Assembly: GCA_045594305.1 (NCBI GenBank)
Contig: JAZNYH010000092.1
Coordinates: 3,500-67,499 of the forward strand
DNA: 64,000 bases
DNA from: Eubacteriales bacterium
GTDB lineage: Bacteria; Bacillota; Clostridia; Oscillospirales; CAG-272
Reading direction: 5' to 3'
Shown: in pieces, positions 1 through 9,662 of the stretch
Layout: each line of letters starts with the position of its first letter
Numbering within the stretch: position 1 is the first letter of the stretch
Program-made: the position numbers and the translations under genes
The notes under the pieces: generated by a model
Told to the model about the DNA's origin: nothing
The model's database searches: none
Seen by the model: the letters and a program-made list of their open reading frames with translations, nothing else

Positions 1-972
1 GCTGCGTGCAAGAAGGAGTATGGTATTGCTGAAATCACAGTAGTTATCGACCCTGAAAAGAGAGATATGAAGGTTTACCGTAAGTACAAGATTGTTGCTG
101 AGGTAGAGGATCCAACCGTTGAAATCACAAAGGAGCAGATTGAGGCTCTTGAGGCTGAAAGAAAGGCTGCTGGCATTAAGCACAAGACAAGATCAAGAAA
201 GCGTAGCGTAGGTGCTGATTACGAGTACGAGCTTCATACAAAGGAGTTCCGCCGTCTTAGCGCACAAAACGCAAAGCAGGTAATCGTGCAGGCTATTCGT
301 GAGGCTGAAAAGTCAAGACAGGCAAGAGAGTACGAGGAGCGTAAGGGCGAGATAATGTCCGCTATCGTAACTAAGGTTGAGGATAGCACAGGAAATGTTG
401 TTGTCGACACAGGCATTTCACAGGCAGTTCTTCCAAAGAGCGAGCAAATCCCTGGCGAGGTTCTTCGTGAGAATGATAGAATAAAGGTTTATGCATTCCA
501 GGTAAACGCATCTGGCGAGCGTGGACCACTTGTTTCTCTTACAAGATCACACCCAGACCTTGTAAAGCGTCTTTTTGAGGCTGAGGTTCCTGAAATTAAG
601 GAGGGCGTGGTTATCATTAAGAGCATCTGTCGTGAGGCAGGCTCAAGAACAAAGATTTCCGTATATTCAAGAGATGAGAGCGTTGACGCAGTTGGTGCTT
701 GCATAGGAAATCGTGGTGCAAGAATAAACGCAGTTGTTGAGGAATTGAAGGGCGAAAAGATTGACATTATCCCATATAGCGATGATCCTTGTGAGTACAT
801 CAAGGCAGCACTTCTCCCTGCAAGCGTTAAGAGAGTAGATATTGAAAACGAGCGTAGCGCAAGAGTAGTTGTAGCTCCTGACCAGCTTTCACTCGCAATC
901 GGCAGACAAGGACAAAACGCACGCCTTGCTGCAAGACTCACTGGCTGTAAGATAGATATTAAGAGTGAGTAA
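1..972 (+). CDS. nusA: Transcription termination/antitermination factor NusA (5' end lies upstream of the window)
   Basis: Frame 1 is open from nt 1. The translation shows S1 and tandem KH-type regions (GACIGNRGARINAVVEEL, AIGRQGQNARLAARLTG). It is followed by ylxR-ylxQ-infB, as in the conserved Firmicutes operon. Confidence 0.9.
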   Translation, partial: AACKKEYGIAEITVVIDPEKRDMKVYRKYKIVAEVEDPTVEITKEQIEALEAERKAAGIKHKTRSRKRSVGADYEYELHTKEFRRLSAQNAKQVIVQAIREAEKSRQAREYEERKGEIMSAIVTKVEDSTGNVVVDTGISQAVLPKSEQIPGEVLRENDRIKVYAFQVNASGERGPLVSLTRSHPDLVKRLFEAEVPEIKEGVVIIKSICREAGSRTKISVYSRDESVDAVGACIGNRGARINAVVEELKGEKIDIIPYSDDPCEYIKAALLPASVKRVDIENERSARVVVAPDQLSLAIGRQGQNARLAARLTGCKIDIKSE

Positions 973-976
973 TTTT

Positions 977-1243
977 ATGGAAAAGGTTAAGAAAATTCCA
1001 CAGCGTAAATGTCTTGGCTGTATGCAATCCTTTCCAAAGAAGGAGCTAATCCGTGTCGTACGCACCCCCGAGGGTGAGGTTTGTATAGATACAACGGGCA
1101 AAAAGTCGGGCAGAGGCGCATATATCTGTAAAAAGGAAGCCTGCCTTAAAAAGGCGGTAAAGGCAAAGCGACTCCAAAACAACTTAGAGGTTGAGATAAC
1201 GGATGAATTGCTTTCAGGGCTTTCAGAGGAGATAAATAAGTGA
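977..1243 (+). CDS. ylxR: YlxR/RnpM family protein (DUF448)
   Basis: The motif RKCLGC...ELIRVV...GEV..D..GK.SGRGAYIC is typical of YlxR, and the gene sits between nusA and the L7Ae-like gene. An ATG at 977 is preferred over the GTG at 965. Confidence 0.8.
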   Translation: MEKVKKIPQRKCLGCMQSFPKKELIRVVRTPEGEVCIDTTGKKSGRGAYICKKEACLKKAVKAKRLQNNLEVEITDELLSGLSEEINK

Positions 1244-1554
1244 AAAAATTTCTGTTAATGCTGGGCCTTTGTCGAAGGGCAGGCAAGGCGGTAATCGGCA
1301 CTCCTTCGGTGACAGATTCACTCCCGAAGGGTAAAATAAAGGTCGTTTTTTACGCTTGCGATGCATCGGCAAACACCGAAAAGAGAATTACTGATAAATG
1401 TAAATTTTACGGAGTGAATTGCATCAAGCTATCCTACTCATCAGAGGAGCTTTCCTCGGCAGTAGGCAAGAGCGGTGCAGTATGTGCGCTCGGCATAACC
1501 GATGAGAGCTTCGAGAGGGCTCTTGTCGATCTAATCGATAAGGAAACGAGGTAA
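1240..1554 (+). CDS. ylxQ: L7Ae/L30e-family RNA-binding protein (YlxQ-like)
   Basis: The N-terminus LGLCRRAGK and the size (104 aa) fit YlxQ. It lies between ylxR and infB. GTG start with GAGGAG 8 nt upstream. Confidence 0.7.
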   Translation: MKKFLLMLGLCRRAGKAVIGTPSVTDSLPKGKIKVVFYACDASANTEKRITDKCKFYGVNCIKLSYSSEELSSAVGKSGAVCALGITDESFERALVDLIDKETR

Positions 1555-1561
1555 AGCATAG

Positions 1562-4297
1562 ATGGCAGCTAATGTTAAGATTAAGGATTTCGCAAAGGAT
1601 TTTGGCTTAGATCCTAAGGATGTTATTGAGCTGATTGAAAAATCGGGTGTTTACGACAAGGCGTCAGTTGGTGATGCAATCGAAATGTCCCTTGCAAATG
1701 TAATTGCAAGCCGTCTTACTCTTATGTGTGAGAGCGTTAAGATGAGCGATTATCTCGAAAGAAAAACAAGCATACCCGCAGGTAAGGTAAAAAAGCAGAA
1801 GGCAGAGCCAAAGCCCGAGGCTAAGGCAGAGGAAAAGAAGCCTGCTGTAAAGGCAGAGGAGAAAAAGCCCGAGCCAAAGAAGACCGAGCCAAAGCCTGAG
1901 GTGAAGGTAGAAAAGAAGCCCGAGGTTAAGCCCGAGGCTAAGGTTGAGGCTAAAATTGAGGAGAAGAAGCCCGAGGCTAAGGTTGAGGCTAAGGTTGAGG
2001 AAAAGAAGCCCGAGGGACCAAGAGCAAAGAGTGCCGAGGAAATTCGTGCAAGAGCCGAGCAGGCTAAGCGTGATGCTACCCCAAGAAAGGACTTTGCTCC
2101 AAAGGCAGATACAAGACCACCTCAGCGTGAGCAAAGAGATTTCCGTGGCGACAAGGATTTCAGAGGCGACAAGGATTTCAGAGGCGATAGAGATAACAGA
2201 GGCGACAAGGGTGCAAAGGGCTGGAAGGATCAGCCTCAGCAAAGAAAGGACGCTCCACAGGGTGGCCGTCCACAGTTCGCTCAAAAGCCACAACAGCCAA
2301 GCGAAACAGTTGTAAAGAAAAAGACAGGAGCTACTCGTGTGGTTGACACAAGAGGTGGAGCAAGCATCGACCTTTCAAAGTACGATGAAAGACTTGACTC
2401 CTACGGCTCATACGATTCCTACGGCTCAGGAAAGCAAAAGCTTAAAAAGCAGAGCCGTCAAGAGGGCGCACACCAATCCTCTAAGAAGGAAAGAGAGCGT
2501 CAGGCTCAGGAGAAGATTAAGCGTGCAGCGTTTGAAAAGGCTAAGAACACACAGCTTTCAATCACAGTTCCCGACGAAATCACCGTTGGCGAGCTTGCAA
2601 CACGCTTGAAGGTAACATCAAGTGAGGTTATCAAGCGCCTTATGATGATGGGCGTTATGGCAAATGTAAACCAAATTGTAGACTACGACACAGCATACCT
2701 TATCGCTGACGAGCTTGGTGCAAAGGTAACCAAGGAGGTTGTTGTTACAATCGAGGAGAAGCTCTTTGATGAGAGCGAGGACGATGTAGCAAGCCTTGTT
2801 GAGCGTGCTCCTGTTGTCTGCGTAATGGGACATGTTGACCACGGTAAGACATCAGTTCTTGATGCAATAAGACACACCAGCGTAACAGCAGGCGAGGCAG
2901 GTGGAATTACACAGCACATTGGCGCATATAGCGTTAAGATTAACGATAAGCCAATCACCTTCCTTGACACCCCAGGACACGAGGCATTTACAGCAATGCG
3001 TCTTCGTGGTGCTATGGCAACTGATATTGCAATCATAGTTGTTGCCGCTGATGATGGAATTATGCCTCAAACAGTAGAGGCAATCAACCACGCAAAGGCT
3101 GCGGGAATTGATATTATAGTAGCAATTAATAAAATGGATAAGCCAACCGCTAACCCTGACGGAATTAAGCAGGAGCTTACCCAATACGACCTTGTTCCTG
3201 AGGAATGGGGTGGAGATGTTATCTGCGTTCCTGTATCTGCAAAGACAGGAATGGGACTTGATGACCTTCTTGAAACAATCCTTCTTGTAGCAGAGGTTAA
3301 GGAGCTTAAGGCTAACCCCAACCGCCGTGCAAAGGGTATTGTTATTGAGGCTAAGCTTGACAAGGGAAGAGGCCCTGTTGCAACAGTTCTTGTTCAAAAT
3401 GGTACACTTAGAAGTGGCGAGGTTGTTATCGCAGGAACTGCGGTAGGACATGTAAGAGCAATGACTGACCACACAGGCGCAATTGTTAAGGAGGCAGGTC
3501 CAAGCCGTGCAGTTGAGATTATCGGTCTTGCTGAGGTTCCTGTTGCAGGAGATGAGTTCAACGCAGTTGAGGATGAAAGAATGGCAAGAGAGCTTGCCGA
3601 GCAGAGAAAGGCTAAGGCTAAGGAGGAAATCTTCAAGGCTAACGCTAAGCTCAACCTTGATGATTTGTTTGCTCAAATCAGCGACGGAGCTAAGGAAATC
3701 AATGTAATTGTAAAGGCAGATGTGGGTGGTAGCGCAGAGGCTGTAAAGGCTTCACTTGTTAAGCTCTCAAACGCAGAGGTAAAGGTGAGCGTTATTCACA
3801 CAGGAGTCGGTGGAATTACAGAGAGCGATGTTATGCTCGCTGCTGCATCTAACGCAATTATCGTAGGCTTTAATGTACGCCCAGATAAGAGCGCTATTGA
3901 CTCTGCTGCAAGACAAAATGTTGATATAAGAACACATAGAATTATCTATGAAATCATTGAGGAGATGGAGGCTGCCATGAAGGGTATGCTCTCCCCAACC
4001 TACAAGGAAGTAATAAACGGCCACGCCGAGGTAAGACAAACAATTCGTGTACCGAATGTTGGAACAATCGCAGGAAGCTATGTTCAGGACGGAAAAATCA
4101 CCCGTCAATCACAAATTCGTGTGCTTCGTGACGGCGTAGTTATATTTGAGGATAAAATCTCATCACTTCGTCGCTTTAAGGACGATGTTAAGGAGGTTGC
4201 CGCTGGCTACGAATGTGGTATTGGACTTGAAAAGTTCAACGACATTAAGGAGGGCGATATCCTTGAAGCGTTTACTATGGAGGAAATCGCAAGATAA
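1562..4297 (+). CDS. infB: Translation initiation factor IF-2
   Basis: 911 aa. The G domain carries [17 protein letters not shown] and NKMD, and the C-terminal IF-2 domains are conserved. The N-terminus is a low-complexity K/E/P-rich repeat region. Confidence 0.97.
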   Translation: MAANVKIKDFAKDFGLDPKDVIELIEKSGVYDKASVGDAIEMSLANVIASRLTLMCESVKMSDYLERKTSIPAGKVKKQKAEPKPEAKAEEKKPAVKAEEKKPEPKKTEPKPEVKVEKKPEVKPEAKVEAKIEEKKPEAKVEAKVEEKKPEGPRAKSAEEIRARAEQAKRDATPRKDFAPKADTRPPQREQRDFRGDKDFRGDKDFRGDRDNRGDKGAKGWKDQPQQRKDAPQGGRPQFAQKPQQPSETVVKKKTGATRVVDTRGGASIDLSKYDERLDSYGSYDSYGSGKQKLKKQSRQEGAHQSSKKERERQAQEKIKRAAFEKAKNTQLSITVPDEITVGELATRLKVTSSEVIKRLMMMGVMANVNQIVDYDTAYLIADELGAKVTKEVVVTIEEKLFDESEDDVASLVERAPVVCVMGHVDHGKTSVLDAIRHTSVTAGEAGGITQHIGAYSVKINDKPITFLDTPGHEAFTAMRLRGAMATDIAIIVVAADDGIMPQTVEAINHAKAAGIDIIVAINKMDKPTANPDGIKQELTQYDLVPEEWGGDVICVPVSAKTGMGLDDLLETILLVAEVKELKANPNRRAKGIVIEAKLDKGRGPVATVLVQNGTLRSGEVVIAGTAVGHVRAMTDHTGAIVKEAGPSRAVEIIGLAEVPVAGDEFNAVEDERMARELAEQRKAKAKEEIFKANAKLNLDDLFAQISDGAKEINVIVKADVGGSAEAVKASLVKLSNAEVKVSVIHTGVGGITESDVMLAAASNAIIVGFNVRPDKSAIDSAARQNVDIRTHRIIYEIIEEMEAAMKGMLSPTYKEVINGHAEVRQTIRVPNVGTIAGSYVQDGKITRQSQIRVLRDGVVIFEDKISSLRRFKDDVKEVAAGYECGIGLEKFNDIKEGDILEAFTMEEIAR

Positions 4298-4338
4298 TAG
4301 TAAGCTAATTGTCGCTTATATCGCATAAAAGCAATAAT

Positions 4339-4363
4339 GCCTCGCTCTGTGCGAGGCTTTATT
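4339..4363 (+). terminator. Intrinsic terminator after infB
   Basis: Stem GCCTCGC / GCGAGGC with loop TCTGT, followed by TTTATT. Confidence 0.7.
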
Positions 4364-4433
4364 GTCCCCAAAGCAAAGACCAACAGGACACAAAACGGAA
4401 TATAATTAAAGTAAAACCGAGGGGAGTGAAATT

Positions 4434-5213
4434 ATGAAATATTATGTAATAGCAGACATACACGGCTTTTACGAGGCGACAAGGCGTGCACTTGATGAAA
4501 AGGGCTTTTTTAACGACACAGAGCCACACAAGCTTATAATTTGTGGAGATTTATTTGACCGAGGAGCAGAGGCTCGCAGGCTACAAGCCTTTATTGAGGA
4601 GCTAATGGCGAGGGATGAGGTTATTCTAATAAAGGGCAACCACGAGGATTTAATGGTGGAGATGCTTGAAAATTTCTATGATTATCTACCCTCTATGGTT
4701 TACACTCATCACTACCAAAACGGCACCTATGATACAGCCCTTGCTCTTACAAGAATGAATAAGCACGATGTTGAGTACAACCCCGAGATATTTAGAAAGA
4801 GAATGTACGCAACACCATACTTAAAGGACATAATTCCAAGCATGCTTGACTACTACGAAACGGAGCACTATGTGTTCGTTCACGGCTACATTCCCTGCCA
4901 AAGCGTTCTTGTTGGGCAGGACAGAGAAAGGTTCTTTGGGCTTGAAAATTGGCGTGAGGCATCGTGGCAGGCTTGGGAAAAGGCAAGATGGATAAACGGA
5001 ATGGCAGCGTGGAAATGTGGCGTCAGAGAAGAGGGAAAGACAATCGTTTGTGGACACTATCACACCTCGTGGGGACATAGCGTAATTGACGGAATTGGCT
5101 CGGAGTGGGGTAACGATAGCGTGCTCGAACCCTTTATAAAGGACGGACTAATTGCACTCGACGGGCGAGTTGCGTTTACCAAGAAGGTCAACTGTATCGT
5201 AATAGAGGACTAA
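4434..5213 (+). CDS. Metallophosphoesterase (calcineurin-like Ser/Thr phosphatase family)
   Basis: Motifs DIHG, GDLFDRG and GNHED lie in the N-terminal 70 aa. RBS GAGGGGAG is upstream. Confidence 0.8.
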   Translation: MKYYVIADIHGFYEATRRALDEKGFFNDTEPHKLIICGDLFDRGAEARRLQAFIEELMARDEVILIKGNHEDLMVEMLENFYDYLPSMVYTHHYQNGTYDTALALTRMNKHDVEYNPEIFRKRMYATPYLKDIIPSMLDYYETEHYVFVHGYIPCQSVLVGQDRERFFGLENWREASWQAWEKARWINGMAAWKCGVREEGKTIVCGHYHTSWGHSVIDGIGSEWGNDSVLEPFIKDGLIALDGRVAFTKKVNCIVIED

Positions 5214-5221
5214 AAAAGAGC

Positions 5222-5253
5222 AGACGCTTGTCTGCTCTTTTGTGTTATTAACG
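5222..5253. terminator. Bidirectional terminator between convergent genes
   Basis: Stem AGAGCAGAC / GTCTGCTCT with loop GCTT, flanked by an A-run and a T-run. Confidence 0.75.
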
Positions 5254-5255
5254 CC

Positions 5256-5630
5256 TTATAGAACAAGTGCAGAGAGAAGTCTGCAAATCTCGTTTGTGTT
5301 AGTGCCCGAGGTAAATTCAAGAGTAACCTTGCCAACGCCCGAGATGTAAAATTCAAGCTCGCTATCGAGGTCAAGCACGCCTGAGGTCTCAATGGAGAAG
5401 GCTTGTATTTTTGAATAGGGGATAGAGGTAAAGTCCTTTTTCTTTCCTGTAAGTCCTTGAATGTTTATGCAGATAATTCTGCGATTTGTCATTACAACGC
5501 CATCACGAAGCCCCTTGAATGAGCCGAGTATTTGCTCGCCATCAACCAAGAATGGTGCGACAAGTGGCTGAAATTCCTTTAAATCAACAGCTCTTAGCTT
5601 TACAAGAGCCGAGTTGTTAAAATCAATCAT
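5256..5630 (-). CDS. Bacterial PH-domain protein (YokE-like bPH family)
   Basis: 124 aa. The pattern GE.I...F.G.RD..V.TN.R.I......G.K....SIPYSKI..F..E is typical of bacterial pleckstrin-homology domains. Confidence 0.6.
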   Translation of the reverse strand: MIDFNNSALVKLRAVDLKEFQPLVAPFLVDGEQILGSFKGLRDGVVMTNRRIICINIQGLTGKKKDFTSIPYSKIQAFSIETSGVLDLDSELEFYISGVGKVTLEFTSGTNTNEICRLLSALVL

Positions 5631-5766
5631 CGTATAAATCTCCTTTAAAATTTGTCTATATATTTATTTTATCACAAAGACGGTGAGTTGTCAATGATAC
5701 AGCGTTGACATTTTTATCACTTTATGATAATATATCATTGTACGAGGATTTGAAAGGGGTGAGAAT

Positions 5767-7086
5767 ATGGAAAAGCTATCGCTAAGCTGTGACCAATGTG
5801 GCTCTGTCGATGTCGAAATGGTAGATGACAACATTGGAAAATGTAATCACTGTGGAACAAAATTTCTTATCATACCTAAAAAAGATGAGGACTCAGAGGA
5901 CGACGCAGAGGATTTTGAGCCAATTCAGGGTTGCTTTGCAATAAAGCCCAATAGGGATATGGAATGGTTCAAAAGAAAGGCGATAATTGACCTTTTTCTT
6001 GATAGCAACACACCTCTTGATATTGGTGTGGCAACCCTTGGAGAGCCATTTGAGAATATCACCCAAACACTAATGATGACCACCTTTTACGAGGGTGAGT
6101 GTGTCGCAGATATAGGCTATATAAGCCCGTTTGCCAGCGGATATAGCTATGATGATAGCGATTATAGCTGGTCGCCCTTTAAGACACGATTTAGAACAGA
6201 TGTAAAATCGACCTTTACATTAGATGAGGGAGAGGGCAAGGGCGAGCTTAGACATCCACTCTTGTCAGCAGATAAAACTCTTATCTCGTGTATGAAAAAG
6301 AAGCTTGATTCAAGTGAGTATATTTGTAGCATGCAGGAGCTTGGCGTCACACCCGTGGAGCTTACCGATGACATAATAGAAAAGGCACTCCGTGATAACA
6401 AGGATGAGCTTCAATATAATATTGACCTGCCAGGCGATAACCAAAAAATAGTTAGCATAATGGCATCGCACAAGATAGCTTCGCTTCTTAGAGTGGCTGA
6501 AAAGCAATATATTCTCCCTGGTGAGTATAAGGGCAAAAAATTCGAGATAGTAGCCCCCGCAGGGGCGGAAGAGGAGCGTCGCTTCTACCACTACAAGGAT
6601 TTCTCGCTTTTAAGCAACAGAGTTGGTATTTATCGCCTTGAAGAGCTTGGAATAAAGGGCAAAAGGGCAGAGGAATACGAGAATTGCCCCATAGTAGGCG
6701 AAACCGAGAGCGAGGCAAAGCACCGTATCTATACAAACAAGAAGAAAAAGAAAACAACCCTTGCAAGCACTATTGCTCTTATCGCTGGTCTTGCTGGCGT
6801 GGTTGCTTGCTCCTTCTCATTCTTAATAGGCGTAGGAATAATCGCACTTTCAATCGCTGGATACAATATGTTCAAAAAGGCGAGAGATAATTACTATGAC
6901 AAGATTTTAGCACAGCTAAGCGAGCAAATAGGCAAGGAAAACCCCCTAAATATGTCAAAGGAATTTCGCTATAAGCTTTCGTGGCTTGAAGCAGAGCTTA
7001 AAAAAAGAGGGCTTGCTCCAATCACGAGAGAGGAGCTTGAAATATATCTTGCAGGCTACTCCAGCTTCGGCTACGACCGTTGGTAA
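5767..7086 (+). CDS. Hypothetical protein with N-terminal zinc ribbon and C-terminal TM hairpin
   Basis: CDQCG...CNHCG occurs at residues 8-30. A hydrophobic stretch TLASTIALIAGLAGVVACSFSFLIGVGIIALSIAGY lies near residue 330. RBS AAAGGGGTGAG. No family recognised. Confidence 0.6.
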   Translation: MEKLSLSCDQCGSVDVEMVDDNIGKCNHCGTKFLIIPKKDEDSEDDAEDFEPIQGCFAIKPNRDMEWFKRKAIIDLFLDSNTPLDIGVATLGEPFENITQTLMMTTFYEGECVADIGYISPFASGYSYDDSDYSWSPFKTRFRTDVKSTFTLDEGEGKGELRHPLLSADKTLISCMKKKLDSSEYICSMQELGVTPVELTDDIIEKALRDNKDELQYNIDLPGDNQKIVSIMASHKIASLLRVAEKQYILPGEYKGKKFEIVAPAGAEEERRFYHYKDFSLLSNRVGIYRLEELGIKGKRAEEYENCPIVGETESEAKHRIYTNKKKKKTTLASTIALIAGLAGVVACSFSFLIGVGIIALSIAGYNMFKKARDNYYDKILAQLSEQIGKENPLNMSKEFRYKLSWLEAELKKRGLAPITREELEIYLAGYSSFGYDRW

Positions 7087-7363
7087 AGCAGAGATAAAGA
7101 GCTTGGCGAGTGCGAGGCATTGAGCCACGCAAGGGGCTACCGAAATTACGATATTTAAATAACAATAAAAAATTGTTAGCCACAATAAAAGGGGCGAGGG
7201 ATTTAAAAAATTCCTTGCCCTTTTTTCGTTCGTTCTTTTGTGAATTTTTTTGAAAATCTTGGGCTTTTTATTGAAAATAAAAAATGTATATGTTAATATA
7301 ATTGTGATAAGAGGTGATAAAAGCTCATTTTTTGCAGATATTAAAACAAAGGAGAGTGAGAAA

Positions 7364-8317
7364 ATGAACGAATTTATAAATCCTCGAAAGGTCGCTATGA
7401 TAGGCTGTGGCTTTGTAGGCTCAGCAAGTGTTTTTGCACTTATGCAAAGTGGACTTTTTAGCGAGATAGTTTTAATAGATGCCGACAAGGAAAAGGCAGA
7501 GGGCGAGGCTATGGACATTAGCCACGGTATCCCCTTTACAAGGCATATGAAAATCTATGCAGGCGACTACGATGATATAGTAGATGCCCACATTATAATA
7601 ATTTCAGCAGGAGCAGGACAAAAGCCTGGCGAAACAAGGCTCGACCTCGTTAATAAAAATGTCGCAATCTTCAAAAAAATCATTCCCGAGATTGCAAAAA
7701 GGCGTTGCGAGGGAGTGCTCCTTATCGTTTCAAATCCCGTCGATATTCTAACACAGGTCGCTCTTTCGCTCTCGGGCTTTCCCGAGCATAGAGTAATAGG
7801 CTCGGGCACGGTGCTTGATACTGCAAGGCTTAAATATCAGCTAAGCGAGCATCTTATGGTCGACAGCCGAAGCGTGCACGCCTTCATTATTGGTGAGCAC
7901 GGAGATAGCGAGGTTGTTGCGTGGAGCAGTGCCAATGTGTCGGGAATAGCTCTTGAAAGCTTTTGCGAGATGCGTGGTCACTTCTGCCACGAAAGGGCAA
8001 ACGAGGAGATTGCAGCCAAGGTAAAGAATAGTGCCTACGAGATTATAAACAAAAAGCGTGCAACCTACTATGGAATTGCAACCTCTGTTAAGCGTATTTG
8101 CGAGGCTATTGCAAGAGATGAGCGTTCAATCCTTCCCGTGTCACATATGATGCACGGACAGCACGGCATTGACGGAGTGGTTCTTGGTATGCCTGCAATA
8201 ATCGGTAGCGACGGAATACAGGCAGATGTACCAATTTCGCTTGATGATGACGAGGTAGCAAGCCTAAGGGCGAGTGCTGAGCAGTTAAAGAAGATATTTG
8301 ACACGCTTGATTTATAA
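7364..8317 (+). CDS. ldh: L-lactate dehydrogenase
   Basis: Contains KVAMIGCGFVGS (NAD site), SNPVDIL and IGEHGDSE. The ATG at 7364 has AAGGAGAG 8 nt upstream, and the 38 codons above it in the tracked ORF look non-coding. Confidence 0.9.
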   Translation: MNEFINPRKVAMIGCGFVGSASVFALMQSGLFSEIVLIDADKEKAEGEAMDISHGIPFTRHMKIYAGDYDDIVDAHIIIISAGAGQKPGETRLDLVNKNVAIFKKIIPEIAKRRCEGVLLIVSNPVDILTQVALSLSGFPEHRVIGSGTVLDTARLKYQLSEHLMVDSRSVHAFIIGEHGDSEVVAWSSANVSGIALESFCEMRGHFCHERANEEIAAKVKNSAYEIINKKRATYYGIATSVKRICEAIARDERSILPVSHMMHGQHGIDGVVLGMPAIIGSDGIQADVPISLDDDEVASLRASAEQLKKIFDTLDL

Positions 8318-8352
8318 AATCACCCCAATCGGGGCTACATAAGGAGAGAAAA

Positions 8353-8913
8353 ATGAGAGTTGATTTAGGAGCAAAGCCATACATATTCCCTATGCCTGTG
8401 CTTATTATTGGCACATATGATGAAAACGGCAGGGCAAACGCTATGAATGCAGCGTGGGGAATGGCGTGCGATATGAACAAGGTCGCAATAACTCTAAGTG
8501 CTGAGCATAAGACAGTAAAAAACATTCTTAAAACGGGCGATTTTACAGTTAGCATAGCGGATACAGAGCATATAGCTGAGTGCGACTACTTGGGAATTGT
8601 GTCGGGCAATAGTGAGCCTGACAAGCTTGAAAAATGTGGCTTTACCGTTACAAAAAGCGACAAGGTAAACGCACCAATAATAAACGAGCTTCCCTTAGCT
8701 CTTGAATGTGAGCTTGAATGCTACGACACCGAGAGCGAGATTTTGATAGGCGTTATCAAGGGAGTTAGTGCTGAGCAGAGCATTTTAGTAGACGGTAAAA
8801 TAGATGTAAGCAGACTTAGCCCCATCACCTACGATACAGAAAATCACACCTATATTGCACTTGGCGAGGCTGTCGGCAAGGCATTTAGCGATGGCAAGAG
8901 GATAAAGAAATGA
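8353..8913 (+). CDS. Flavin reductase-like (FMN-binding split-barrel) protein
   Basis: The N-terminal region (P.PV.IIGT.DE.G..N.M..AW) is typical of the Flavin_Reduct family. Confidence 0.75.
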   Translation: MRVDLGAKPYIFPMPVLIIGTYDENGRANAMNAAWGMACDMNKVAITLSAEHKTVKNILKTGDFTVSIADTEHIAECDYLGIVSGNSEPDKLEKCGFTVTKSDKVNAPIINELPLALECELECYDTESEILIGVIKGVSAEQSILVDGKIDVSRLSPITYDTENHTYIALGEAVGKAFSDGKRIKK

Positions 8914-9650
8914 AAATAAAAATTAAAAGAGCAACAATAGACAGACCAAGAGTTATTGTGCATATGCTTATGTCACTTGACGAGAGGGTTACAGGTAGCT
9001 TTCTTTCCACCGAGGTAGGACTTAAAGCGTGCGAGGAGTATTACGCTCTACATAGAGAGTATAAGGCACAGGGCTTTATTTGTGGCAGAGTCACAATGGA
9101 GCAGAGCTTTACTAAGGGAGCAGAGTTAGACCTTGATAAATACGAGGGCGTCGATGTGCCAGATGGCGATTTTGTCGCTAAAAAAGCAGATTTCTATGCT
9201 ATAAGCATAGATCCAAGAGGAATACTCGGCTGGCAGTGGGCTGATATTGTCGATGAGGATGAGGGCTACAACGGAGCGCACATAATCGAGGCAGTAAGCG
9301 AGAGGGCAAGCAAGAAATACCTTGCGTACCTAAGAGAAAAGGGGATTTCCTATCTTATTTGCGGAGAGGAAAGGGTAGATGTATGCGTGCTTCTTGAAAA
9401 GCTGAAAGCTCTTTTTGGAATTGAAAAGGTTCTCTTAGAGGGTGGACCAATAACAGATACGGAATTTTTAATGGCAGGCGTTATTGATAAGATAAATCTT
9501 GTTGTTACCCCTGCGTGTAATGCTGACGGAGAGGGCGATACCCTTTTCCACGGTCTTGATACAACAATGGCACTTCGCTATTTTAGGCTTGCAGGAATAA
9601 AGGAGCTTGAAAACAAGAATGTGCTTATGTGCTATGAAAGTAAAAAATAA
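8910..9650 (+). CDS. RibD C-terminal domain / dihydrofolate-reductase-like family protein
   Basis: Contains V.MLMSLDERVTG and LLEGGP...F. Its start overlaps the upstream stop (ATGA). Confidence 0.65.
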   Translation: MKIKIKRATIDRPRVIVHMLMSLDERVTGSFLSTEVGLKACEEYYALHREYKAQGFICGRVTMEQSFTKGAELDLDKYEGVDVPDGDFVAKKADFYAISIDPRGILGWQWADIVDEDEGYNGAHIIEAVSERASKKYLAYLREKGISYLICGEERVDVCVLLEKLKALFGIEKVLLEGGPITDTEFLMAGVIDKINLVVTPACNADGEGDTLFHGLDTTMALRYFRLAGIKELENKNVLMCYESKK

Positions 9651-9662
9651 GAAGGCGAAAAG

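Noticed and set aside
1790-2230. Tandem repeats in infB (KPEAKVEAK units; DFRGDK x3) as something unusual
   Set aside because: Variable, repetitive N-terminal regions are normal for bacterial IF-2. They are noted only as a source of artefactual ORFs.
1664-2315. ORFs of 209 aa (minus) and 123 aa (plus) inside the 5' part of infB
   Set aside because: They lie within the K/E/P-rich repeat region of IF-2 and have mirror-image low-complexity composition (L/S/W-rich). They are artefacts of the repeat, not genes.
7238-7256. Rex operator upstream of ldh (TTGTGAA-N4-TTTGAAA)
   Set aside because: Only the left half-site matches the TTGTGAA-N4-TTCACAA consensus; the right half matches 4/7. This is too weak to call without a genome-wide motif model.
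6955-7518. 187-aa minus-strand ORF spanning the 7087-7363 intergenic region
   Set aside because: It overlaps the 3' end of one gene, a terminator, the ldh promoter and the ldh start. Its composition is AT-driven (F/I/K/L) and it has no RBS.
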